Assembly: GCA_951406725.2 (NCBI GenBank)
Contig: OX597815.1
Location: 185,380,001 to 185,444,000 of the forward strand
Direction of reading: 5' to 3'
From: Octopus vulgaris
Taxonomy: Eukaryota
Length of the DNA: 64,000 bases
The stretch's first letter is position 1; each line of letters begins with the position of its first letter. Below the pieces are notes generated by a model that saw only the letters and a list, made by a program, of their open reading frames with translations, was not told the origin of the DNA and made no database searches. The position numbers were made by a program, and so were the translations under genes. This document shows, piece after piece, positions 38,908 to 50,042 of this stretch.

Positions 38908-40087
38908 TTGGATCATCCCATAAATAATGCAGTGTTATCAATTGCATGGACTAAATGTCGGAGGGATATGGGATAAACATCCTGTATCAACTTGCTTTAA
39001 CGTCATGTAGTAAATTTTCCTTGTCATTATTCTTAGTGCAGTTCGATTTTAAGTTATTTTTTCAAAGTGACAAAGGAACATATTCGGAATATTTTGCTTT
39101 ATGAATTCAATAAAGGCGACATCGCAACGGAAAGTGCGATGAATATTAATACAGTATATAGGGATCGGACAAAAAGTGTAAGCCAGTGTCGACGGTAGTT
39201 CCAGAAATTCCGAGTGGGAAACCACTGCCTAGAAGACGAGCCTCGTCCGGGAAGATATGTAGAGCTCAACGAGGATGCTCTGCAAACCCTGGTGGACAAA
39301 ATCCCATCGGAACAGTTCATCGACACCTGTATGCCATCGGGAAAGTCAGCAAATTGTGTCAATGGGTTCCTCAATAACTTCCCGAGTCTAATCGGGCGCA
39401 GAGAGTGAATTTGTACTCTCATTTGCTGTCACGTCTCACGAATGAACCTGTTTTGGACCTAATATTGACTGGAGGCGAGAAATGGGTTCCCTATAAAAAT
39501 TTCAAGCGTCGAAGTTAGTGGGTAGTGAAAGGAGAATCACCGGCACCCCAAGCTAAAGAAGGTCTTCACCCACGCAAGGAGTTATCTGCTTGGTGAGACA
39601 TTAAAGGTTTGGTCCACTTTGAACTTTTAAACCCAAAACAAACGATAACAAAGGAAATCTACTGCGAGCAGCTTGAGCAACTTAAGTCAATGCTAGAAGA
39701 AAAACGACCATCTTTGGTTTCACAATGAAAGGTATTCTTCCCTCAGGACAATGCTCAGCCACTTACAGCGAGCATGACATTCCAAAGGCTGAAGCAGTTT
39801 GAATGGGAAACGATGCTTCACCCACCATATTCACTGGACATTGCCCCATCTGATTATCATTTAATTCCGCAGTCTTCAAAATCATTTGGATGGGAAAACA
39901 TGAATGCTGTAGACGAGATCAGAACAGTAGTGGAGTATTTTCCGTCACGGAGAAGTGAATTTTAGAAGATGGGGTGTTGCAAGTCTACCGGATAGGTGGA
40001 CAAGCATTGTAGAAAATGGAGTGTATTTTAGATTTAAAAAGAACTTTATCTTAATTTTGAAAAATAAAAGAAATATAAAAATCCGCA
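38908..40087 (+). mobile_element. Decayed mariner (DD34D) transposon
   Basis: Left TIR TA|TTGGATCATCCCATAAATAATGC; EHIRNILLYEFNKG, LEDEPRPGR, ILTGGEKWV, QDNAQP, HPPYSLDIAPSDYHL; stops and frameshifts; right TIR truncated. Confidence 0.92.
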
Positions 40088-40199
40088 AAAGGAAAAGGAA
40101 CAAATAGACAAATACACACACACGCACAGTAGAGACATATAGATGTGTGTATGTTTGTTTGAATATAGAAACACACGCACACAGACATGCATATATGCA

Positions 40200-40275
40200 T
40201 TCAATTATATATATATATATAATATATATATATGTGCGTGTGTGTGTGTGTGTGTATGAGTGTGTGTGTGTATGT

Positions 40276-40338
<63 letters not shown>

Positions 40339-40416
40339 TGTGTGTATATGTGTGTGTGTATATGTGTGTGTATGTGTGTGTGTATATATATGTGTGTATG
40401 TATATGTGTGTGTATA

Positions 40417-40496
<80 letters not shown>

Positions 40497-40599
40497 GAAA
40501 CGTACATATATATATATATATATACACACAGAAACGTACATATATATATATATATACACACACAGAAACGTACATATATATATATACACACACAGAAAC

Positions 40600-40647
<48 letters not shown>

Positions 40648-40920
40648 ACGTACATATATGTATATATACACAAAAACATATATATACATACACAAACAGA
40701 AACGTACATATATGTATATATACACAAAAGCATATATATATATATACACAAAAGCATATATATATATATACACACACAAACGTGTATATATGTATATTTA
40801 CACAAATACATATATATATATATACAAAAACATATATATATACATACACACACACACACAAAAACGTACATATATGTATATATACACAAAAACATAAATA
40901 TGTATGTATGTATGTATTTT
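40200..40920. repeat. Long compound microsatellite (TG)n/(TA)n/(CA)n with periodic CAGAAACGTACA interruptions
   Basis: Direct reading; source of several spurious ORFs. Confidence 0.9.
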
Positions 40921-41587
40921 AGACAAACTCTTCGAAAAGATATGTATGTTTTCATGTCTCCTGATATTTTCCTTATAGGAATCCAACTTGACTTTTCTTG
41001 ACATGACAGTAATTTCTCGTCGCCATTCTATATTTATGAATCTTTAATATAACTTAATTCCTGATAACAGAACCACAGTTATTCAAACGAATATTCTTGT
41101 CACAAGTCATTTTGATTCGCTAAAAATCGGTGTGATGTTTGCATTCAAAAACTCTTGTGGGAATCACGATTGATGTTGCTTTACGAAGAATCGTTTAGAA
41201 AGAGAATATGTGTTATAGGTAACTGTCACATATTAAAGAAAATCTAGTCGATCGAATTTGTCTATCAGAAGATTCTTTTGATTTTTAAATAGGAACCGTT
41301 GGAATGTTGTCTGCGCATTTATGATTGTTAAAATCCCCAGCTAACGATTTATACAATCGTACGATCTTACATATATTTACTAAGATTATCATTATTATTT
41401 AAACCTAAACATTTGTGTGTATATGGATGGATGGCAGAATGGGTGTGCTAACAATCAAAAACGACTTTATATATCAGGATTTTTGTAGAGTGAAGCTTCT
41501 TGAATAGCTACTCTGGATTTCACGTTGCAGATTATTCGAACAATTGAAGATATGAAGCATTGAGGTAATATCTATTTATTTCTATTC

Positions 41588-42210
41588 ATGCATGGCTGTG
41601 TGGAAAGAAGCTTATTTCTTTATTACCCACAAGGGGCTAAACACAGAGAGGACAAACAAGGAGAGACAAACGGATTAAGTCGATTACATCGACCCCAGTG
41701 CGTAACTGGTACTTAATTTATCGACCCCGAAAGGATGAAAGGCAAAGTCGACTTCGGCGGAATTTGAACTCAGAACGTAGCGGCAGATGAAATACTGATA
41801 AGCATCTCGCCCGGCGTGCTAACGATTCTGCCAGCTCGCTGCCTGTGTGGGAAGAAGCTTGTTTCCTAACCATATGGTTCGGGGTTCATTCCCACTGCGA
41901 GGCTCCTTGGGCAAGCGTCTTATATCATAGCCTCGGGCCGATCAAAACCTTGTGAATGGATCCAGTACACAGAAACTGAAAGAAGCTCGTTGTATGCATA
42001 TGTGTATATGTCCGTTTGTCCCCAACACCATCACCACTTGTCAACCAGTGCTGGTGTGCTTATGGCCCTCAACTTAGCGATTTGGAAAATGAGACCGATA
42101 GAATAAGGAGAAGGCTTTAAAAAAATAAACAATCGGGTCGATACATTCGACGAAGAATTCTTCAAGGCGGTACTCCAGCAAGGCCGCAGCCTGACTGAAT
42201 CATATAAAAG
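41588..42210. mobile_element. SINE B (+) interrupted by a full SINE A (-, 41614-41842) with 18-bp TSD
   Basis: CTGTGTGG(A/G)AAGAAGCTT at 41596-41613 and 41843-41860. Confidence 0.85.
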
Positions 42211-42500
42211 ATAAATTATAAGGATATATATATATCCATTCATTAACCGATGTGCATTCAAAGCAAAGATTAGTAAATTCACGAAACCGGTATGCTTTTG
42301 AATCTCTTTAACAATTCACAATAATGACTTTTATTACTTTTATTCATACCTCAGTTCAACTAATTGTATATATCTATCGTTACTTTTCATAAAAAGCCAT
42401 TACTTTTTTTGATTTCCAATGTGCATTTGCGCATATTTTTTCTTCTTTTCACTTACATTTTCACGTGTAGTTTCTACCTTCTTTTTGTAACATATTTCTA

Positions 42501-42557
<57 letters not shown>

Positions 42558-42579
42558 ATGTTACATTACTCGGTAGTCA

Positions 42580-42642
42580 AGATAAAACTCTGAGTTTCAG
42601 ATGCCGAAGTGGAAATCCACAACACCATCTCTTCGGTTATCT
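42580..42642 (-). ncRNA. Hammerhead ribozyme motif, mirror copy in the inverted pLTR
   Basis: Reverse complement of 45662-45724. Confidence 0.65.
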
Positions 42643-42837
42643 GGCTATTTGAAAACGTTATGAAAAAATACCGTTAAAAATGAAGGGAAATTACTCTGTT
42701 ATAACTCTGCTTTGCCTGCGTACTTATACATCGCTCGCATTTTTCGTCATAAAAATTATATAAAAATACATAAAAAATATATAAAAATATATAAAAATAT
42801 ATAAAATCTTCTTGGGACATAACACAGAAAGCATGTT

Positions 42838-43596
42838 CTATCCGTTTTCTTTAGGGGACCAAAAACGTAACAGAAATTTAGTCACATGTGGGCATGATCC
42901 GAAAAGTTCTGTCCTTGTATTTAGACATGTGGTAGGGTCTAAGCTGCTTTTCCAGATAAGCCATCTCTCCATGTCGCATAAACCGCACCTTCCGCTGCCG
43001 TTAGTATAGGGCTTACATCTGGCCAAAATCTTCCATTGTATGTTATAATCGACACCTTTATCTCTTAAAGACCAAATATGATTGGATAATTGTGTCGCTT
43101 TTCTTTTGTTCCAGTGCCTAAAGCTCAAAGTGTGGTTATTGAACCTGGCCTTGAAATTACCCTCTGTCAGGCCCACGTATTTCTTCGTCAAAACGGTGTC
43201 TTTAGTGGTTATAGAGTTTACGGTAGCCTCATATATGATGGTCTTGGACATGCAAGCTCCATTTAGCGGGCACAATTCTTTATTCCTGCATGAACAGCTG
43301 TTTTCTTCTTGTGTTTTTTGTATGTTATGATTGATTATGTTTTTAAAATTGGTAGTTGAACTAAAACTAATTTTTAAATTGTGTCTATTGAAGAGTTTCC
43401 TATAAGCATGGTTAACTGGAAAATGTCTATCTATCAGTGCTAGGAAATATTTACCTATATTGAAGGCCACCTCGGGTGAGTAAGGGGGCGTAAACCAGAT
43501 GACCTTCCTATTTCTATTATTCCTTTTCTTTATTGTTGGGCTGGTGATAGGTGTATATTTTATTTTTTCGCTAAAACCACTATCTTTTAAAGCTTT
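42838..43596 (-). pseudogene. Inverted partial copy of the PLE ORF (thumb end, Cys linker, GIY-YIG endonuclease)
   Basis: Translation from KALKDSGF to the C-terminus is identical to that of 44009-45466. Confidence 0.9.
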
Positions 43597-45466
43597 CGTA
43601 GGTCTTTTAACAATTTCCAACATAAATTGAAGAAAGATATTGATCATATAAAAAGCTCCAAGAAAAAAGCACTTTTTTCGGATAAAACCAAGAACTTATA
43701 CCTGGTAGATAACAGCAAATACACACAACTCTTACACAACAGCATCATTAATAATTATACTAAGGCTAGGGCACAGACATATAACGAAATTAATAAAGAA
43801 GCTAGCGTCATCGCCGCTAAACTTAAATTAGATAAAAAAATAGAAACCCTCCCCAAAAGAGGCCTTTATTACTATTAAAGACCACAAAGAAAACTTCCTT
43901 TCCAATCCTAAATGTAGGCTTATCAACCCAGCCAAGTCAGAACTAGGGATTATTAGCAAAGAAATTTTAGATAAAATAAATACGAAAATTAAGACCGATA
44001 CTAGGCTAGTGCAATGGTCCAATAGTATAGAAGTCGTAGACTGGTTTAAAGCTATTAAGAATAAGAAAAAAGCGAGGTTTACACAATTCGATATTGTTGA
44101 TTTTTATGCCTCTATCTCTAAAGAACTGCTAGATAAAGCCCTAATCTTCGCTAGTGACTTCATAGAAATTAGTACCAATGATAAGGATATAATCTTCCAT
44201 GCTAGAAAGACATTACTTTTCAGTGAGAATGCAAAGTGGGTAAAAAACACCGACACGGAGGGCGCTTTCGATGTGAGCATGGGTTCATATGATGGGGCAG
44301 GCATCTGTGATCTAATTGGACTCTTTCTCCTAGATACCTTCAGTAAGACATTCCCTAACGTACATTTCGCCATCTACAAAGATGATGCCCTCGCCTTAAC
44401 AGCTAATACAAATGGACCAGCACAAGATCGTTTTAGGAAGGATATTATCCAGTTAATGAAACACTTCGGACTTAGTATAACTATAGACACTAACCTGACG
44501 GTTGTCAATTTCTTAGACGTTTCCTTAGATCTTAATAATAATATTTATAAGCCTTATAGGAAGCCCAATGATAGACTAAGTTATATTAATGTAGGTTCAT
44601 GCCATCCCCCTATAGTATTCAAAAATTTAGTTAAAAATATTAGTAAGAGGATTTCTAGCCTCTCATCTAATGAGGACATCTTCAATAGCGTTGCCCCAGT
44701 TTATAATAAAGCTTTAAAAGATAGTGGTTTTAGCGAAAAAATAAAATATACACCTATCACCAGCCCAACAATAAAGAAAAGGAATAATAGAAATAGGAAG
44801 GTCATCTGGTTTACGCCCCCTTACTCACCCGAGGTGGCCTTCAATATAGGTAAATATTTCCTAGCACTGATAGATAGACATTTTCCAGTTAACCATGCTT
44901 ATAGGAAACTCTTCAATAGACACAATTTAAAAATTAGTTTTAGTTCAACTACCAATTTTAAAAACATAATCAATCATAACATACAAAAAACACAAGAAGA
45001 AAACAGCTGTTCATGCAGGAATAAAGAATTGTGCCCGCTAAATGGAGCTTGCATGTCCAAGACCATCATATATGAGGCTACCGTAAACTCTATAACCACT
45101 AAAGACACCGTTTTGACGAAGAAATACGTGGGCCTGACAGAGGGTAATTTCAAGGCCAGGTTCAATAACCACACTTTGAGCTTTAGGCACTGGAACAAAA
45201 GAAAAGCGACACAATTATCCAATCATATTTGGTCTTTAAGAGATAAAGGTGTCGATTATAACATACAATGGAAGATTTTGGCCAGATGTAAGCCCTATAC
45301 TAACGGCAGCGGAAGGTGCGGTTTATGCGACATGGAGAGATGGCTTATCTGGAAAAGCAGCTTAGACCCTACCACATGTCTAAATACAAGGACAGAACTT
45401 TTCGGATCATGCCCACATGTGACTAAATTTCTGTTACGTTTTTGGTCCCCTAAAGAAAACGGATAG
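43591..45466 (+). CDS. PLE polyprotein: RT + CxCx5C linker + C-terminal GIY-YIG endonuclease (probably Hydra clade); 5'-truncated, one frameshift at ~43858
   Basis: N-terminal SDKTKNLY (DKG-like motif), ITIKDHK..PKCRLINP, RT motifs FDIVDFY / MGSYDG / IYKDD / NFLDVSLDL, CSCRNKELCPLNGAC, IIYEATV...YVGLT...FKARFNNH...LSNHIW...CGLC..E...LNTRTE...CPH; frames 43627-43857 and 43859-45466 join at CCCAAAAGAG. Confidence 0.93.
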
Positions 45467-45661
45467 AACATGCTTTCTGTGTTATGTCCCAAGAAGATTT
45501 TATATATTTTTATATATTTTTATATATTTTTTATGTATTTTTATATAATTTTTATGACGAAAAATGCGAGCGATGTATAAGTACGCAGGCAAAGCAGAGT
45601 TATAACAGAGTAATTTCCCTTCATTTTTAACGGTATTTTTTCATAACGTTTTCAAATAGCC

Positions 45662-45724
45662 AGATAACCGAAGAGATGGTGTTGTGGATTTCCACTTCGG
45701 CATCTGAAACTCAGAGTTTTATCT
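45662..45724 (+). ncRNA. Type I hammerhead ribozyme motif in the PLE pLTR (U4C core)
   Basis: AGATAA | CCGAAGA | GATG..GTGGA tt TCCAC..CATC T | GAAA CT cag AG TT | TTATCT; 6-bp stem I; predicted cleavage after GUU (45718). Confidence 0.7.
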
Positions 45725-46079
45725 TGACTACCGAGTAATGTAACATATTGTATAGATAAATTTCCTCTATTTACATAATATTGAGGTCTCTTTCTTTCTT
45801 TTGTTATCTTACCGTTTTATCAATATATATATATATATATATATACACGAAGCCAGTCGCTGAGTAAATTGTTTGAGGTGATCGTGGCTGCGCAATGCCC
45901 ACGCGCGTACACTTGACCAGGAACTGTTCCAGTGCGGCTCAAGAACTGGGGCGTGCAGTCTGGTTGAGGCTGGTTGCAGCTAGCTGCCGGAGTCTATCCG
46001 CCTTTGTCTCGCCATTTCTGCTTGCCAAGCGTTGTCTTTTTCCGCCGGATTCAATCCTTGGGGGCTTGAGATTGCCCTC

Positions 46080-46330
46080 CACTTCCTTTTTAAAGACCTG
46101 TTCAAACGGACCTTGGCTCAAACTAACATCCAGCCAGCTTCATGGAAACAGATTGTCTTGGGTAGGACAGCTTGGAGAACTGCTATCCACAATGGAGCCA
46201 GCTCCTTCAAGCCGAACAGAGAACCGAATGAGGAGGTAAAACGCAGGAGAGGAAAGAAGCGTCTTCAACATCTTCGACCCACACCGGCCATCCTATACAT
46301 TCAGCACAAACATCTGCCGAGGAGACTTGA
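46080..46330 (+). pseudogene. RTE-type LINE C-terminal fragment
   Basis: FKDLFKRTLAQTNIQPASWKQIVLGRTAWRTAIHNGASSF matches the RTE tail motif YKD.LK..L....I....WE..A.DR..WR..I..G...F. Confidence 0.75.
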
Positions 46331-47481
46331 TAGAAACACACACACATGTATGTGAATACGTATATATTATTCTCATACAAAATATGTTTATTCATAGAAA
46401 TTCAGTTTGTTCCCAGCTAGCCGTTAGAATATGCGTCACACTTTTACACGTAGATTAGCTTATATATTCCATTCAAATGCAAAGCAAATTACGTGATATT
46501 TCCATGTATCAGTTACATGAAACACAAAAAATATAGATGACTATTTCTGATGCAGTTTTAGTAGCGATAAAAAAAAAACCTTCATGTTTCTTATTTTCAC
46601 TGTGTGGTTATCTTTCAGACTATGTTAAATCCATTATGTGAAAAAGATCCTATTTTAAGTATTTCTTATTTTGAAATTATTCAATACATATCGACAAACC
46701 TGTCTGCAAGAACATACCAATTCCAATCTTTTGTTCAAAATAGCAAAATCTTATAACAGAATATCATCTTTCGGAGGAATTAATGCATAAATGCAGTCTA
46801 GGGAATGGTTGTTCTATAATCGTCTAATTGCTTTTAAATTGTTAATATTACACTCTGGCTCTATTCGTATTGTGACTTGGTGAAACGTCTTTCTGCGTGC
46901 ATGAACATATGCTGTGACATTTTTGACGGGATTTTCTGAGTGAACCCTACTTAGCTTTTGGGTTCACTATGTGTGGGGGTGTTCCCTTCTGTTCTTTATT
47001 TGATTTCTTCTTCTTAGGAAGGAGCTAGTTTCTAATAAAGATACGAAAATCCATCGTTGGAATAACAAAAACAAAGTAGTGTTAAACTTGAGAAAATTCG
47101 TGCATATCTCTATTGTTCCACTTACACATTTTGTTTGTATTGTCCGAGTTAGTTGGTTGGTTTCTTTTTCTGAAAACCTTAGCATATTCAGATTGTCATA
47201 CACATGCATGTGTGTGTACATATGTATTTATACATTATCTATATGTATATCAGTGTGTGTGTTTAAGTATAATCAAGTAAAAGATGGACAAGCGGATGTA
47301 AATGGCGGCAAACCGTTTATAAAATAGTTATAAAGAATTGAGTGTAAGAATAAATAATAAAAATAATAAATTACGGAGATGTACTTGCATAGCAAGTGAC
47401 CTGATCTGAGATCGTGAGGTGTTTATAAGCCATTTAAAAACAAAAAAAAAACGTTAGATTCACTTCAACATTTAAATTTAA

Positions 47482-47532
47482 TTTGTCAAAATATTTTCGT
47501 CGCTTTGAGACCGCGACCTGTTCACTGACAAA
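47482..47532 (-). ncRNA. Minimal type I hammerhead ribozyme with compensatory G3-C8 core
   Basis: Minus strand: TTTGTCA | GTGAACA | G | GTCGC ggtctcaaa GCGAC | GAAA ATAT TT | TGACAAA; 7-bp stem I, 5-bp stem II, palindromic stem III AATATT. Confidence 0.75.
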
Positions 47533-47780
47533 ATTCCGTGCTGCCGGTTCTGAAGTGTGGGGCTCAGTCAGTGCGGTAACGTGCATTGTGTGGGTATGAA
47601 GTAGATTAGTGTTAGCGTACGAATATAAAGTAACACAATTTTAAATTAACTCTCCCCATCTTCAAAAATGTATAAAAACCCGTTCATGTTTTAGTATTTC
47701 TATCCTTTGTTATAAAACTCAGATTTAAGAATTATACTGGTGAAATATAATGATACGAAATGTACTTCAGTAGGTATGCA

Positions 47781-47846
<66 letters not shown>

Positions 47847-48009
47847 CACACATATATATGCAGTTGTCAATTTGGGAACTCGAGTGTCACTACATAAACC
47901 CAATGATTGCTTAACGCCTGAAAGTAATATTTTATTTCAATATTGTAAAAATTGCAAATCTCAAAACGTGAAAAATCAGACTACGCTGGAATTTCATTGA
48001 TAAATATAA

Positions 48010-48060
<51 letters not shown>

Positions 48061-48061
<1 letters not shown>

Positions 48062-48310
48062 CATAGATAAATTAAGAAATGGAATCAAACGCAGGTGTTA
48101 TAAGTATAAAGGACTTGAATAACACCTGCGTTTTACTCCATTTCTTAATTTATCCATATTATTGAAAAACATTTCACTTAACCCTGGAGTTTCTACCTTT
48201 ATAAGTAGGCTGTTATATTCTTGGCACTTATGTGAATTTTTTGCTACCCTAGTAACTATTTATTTATTTTTTCCTTATTTGTGCACGTCAAAAAATATAC
48301 ATAAATTGAT
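48061..48310. mobile_element. Short element between (TA)n tracts with ~40-bp inverted arms plus tail (PLE-like inversion)
   Basis: GATAAATTAAGAAATGGA.T.AAACGCAGGTGTTAT (48066-48101) inverted at 48119-48154. Confidence 0.55.
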
Positions 48311-48695
48311 ATATATAGATAGATAGATAGACCGTGTGAGTTAACAAGTCTACCAATGGTTTCGTGTACGGAGAGAGAGCTCTTTACAATTTTCAAGCCT
48401 ACCAAATGGAGACGTTGATACTCGTCTCCATTTTCGATGAGAATACTTTATGCCACAAAGAAAGAATATCTATCCACTAATACTGTGCTGGACACTCATT
48501 CTCACTATTCCATATTAACCTATATATATATATATATATATATATAAATTAGAACAAAAACACCATTTATCAATTCAAAATGAACAATTAAATTACACCA
48601 TCTAGAAAATTACATATAATAGAAATATTAAATATAAAATAACAATATACCGAATTTTTCCCTGTAAGTTAGGACTATTATTCCCTCAAATTATT

Positions 48696-48756
<61 letters not shown>

Positions 48757-49434
48757 GCACACATACATACGTGTGTGTGTGTATACTTGTTGTTGATTAC
48801 ACTATATGGAATATATAATAGAATGTGAGAAGAGTGAAGGTATATTTGCTTTTCAAAGTTTTTGTTTGACAAAGTCTATCGTTCTATATCACAATGAAGC
48901 TATATTTTCTTCTAAATGCTACAATGATTTGTTTTATATCTCTGTCCTATTTATTTGGAGATATCACATACGTATGCAGGTTTGAAACAATCAGCTATGT
49001 TTTATTTCGTTACACAAGATGATCTCATATGTCGATCGTTGATAAACAAAACAAATAGTCCTTGTGAGAAATAGCAGTCAGCCTTAACTGATAGGAATAT
49101 TGATCGTTACAACTTCTATCCAAAAGAATCTTATTCCAGCTTTTCTTTTCGCGTTTATGTTCTCGGTTGGACGGACAAAATGCGATCAGTCGTGCGTATA
49201 GATTTATCTAACAATAATCTTTTCCCGTTCCAATACATATGTATATTTCTGTGTTACTTTAAGCTTTGGAAGAGGAGAATAATTATTTTAGTTCTGCCAT
49301 TAAATGCTGTGATATTGTAAGTAATGTTTTCATTGTTATATACTCACGTATATGGATGTGTATATACATTTATACATCCTTATATAATTTTATACAGGAT
49401 ATCATTCTGAATATTATTGCTGTTGTTATTGTGG

Positions 49435-49469
<35 letters not shown>

Positions 49470-50042
49470 ATATTTATATGTATGTGTATATTTATATGTA
49501 TGTATATATATATATGTATATTTATATGTATGTATATATATATGTGTATATATGTATATATAATTTTTTCCAGTCATTAGACTGCGGCCATGCTGGGGTG
49601 CCACCTTGAATTTTAGCTGAGTCAACCCCAATATTTATCTTTTTAAGCTTGGTACTTAAACCGCTATGTTACGGGACGTAAACACACTTACACCAGTTGT
49701 CAAGCGGTGGTGGGGGACAAACACAGACATAAAGACATGCACATGCACGCATACACACACATACATACGACGGGCTTCTTTCAGTTTCTTTCATAAAATC
49801 TCTCAGGGCGTTACTGTTCGTTTACCAAAAGGCATCGAGTGGGCCGACAAAGAAATGCTTTTCTCGTGCTCATACGGCTAAATGTATCGAAACTCATTAT
49901 AACACGTGTATCTTTTATATTCGAATAAAATTTCTATTAACTAGAAAAGATTTATATAAATCAATACTTTTGGAACAATTTACAAAGCTTTTTCCTGAAT
50001 AAAATATTTTTATCTTTAATATTAAATAAGGGTATTACGGTT

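Larger units (their letters stand above)
42550..45823 (+). mobile_element. Young Penelope-like retroelement: 5'-truncated forward copy preceded by an inverted 3' copy (inverted pseudo-LTR), inserted in (TA)n
   Basis: 42550-43596 is the reverse complement of 44708-45754 (coordinates sum to 88304; translated ORFs identical); (TA)n on both sides; forward copy has a ~70-nt extra tail. Confidence 0.95.

Noticed and set aside
40496-40870. Repeated GAAACGTA resembling the HHR 3' half
   Set aside because: No CUGANGA-like core or stems I/II; amplified microsatellite interruption.
39945-41004. Long ORFs (192-336 aa) rich in YI/HT/CV, and similar ones at 2953-3371, 10090-11020 and 36587-37191
   Set aside because: Translations of (TA)n/(CA)n/(TG)n microsatellites; no domain content.
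42838-43647. Stand-alone 269-aa GIY-YIG gene
   Set aside because: Chimeric ORF: 17 antisense-derived residues fused to the inverted PLE 3' copy.
45550-45606. Second HHR in the pLTR (ATGACGA...TGCG/CGCA)
   Set aside because: Lacks GAAA and a matching stem I.
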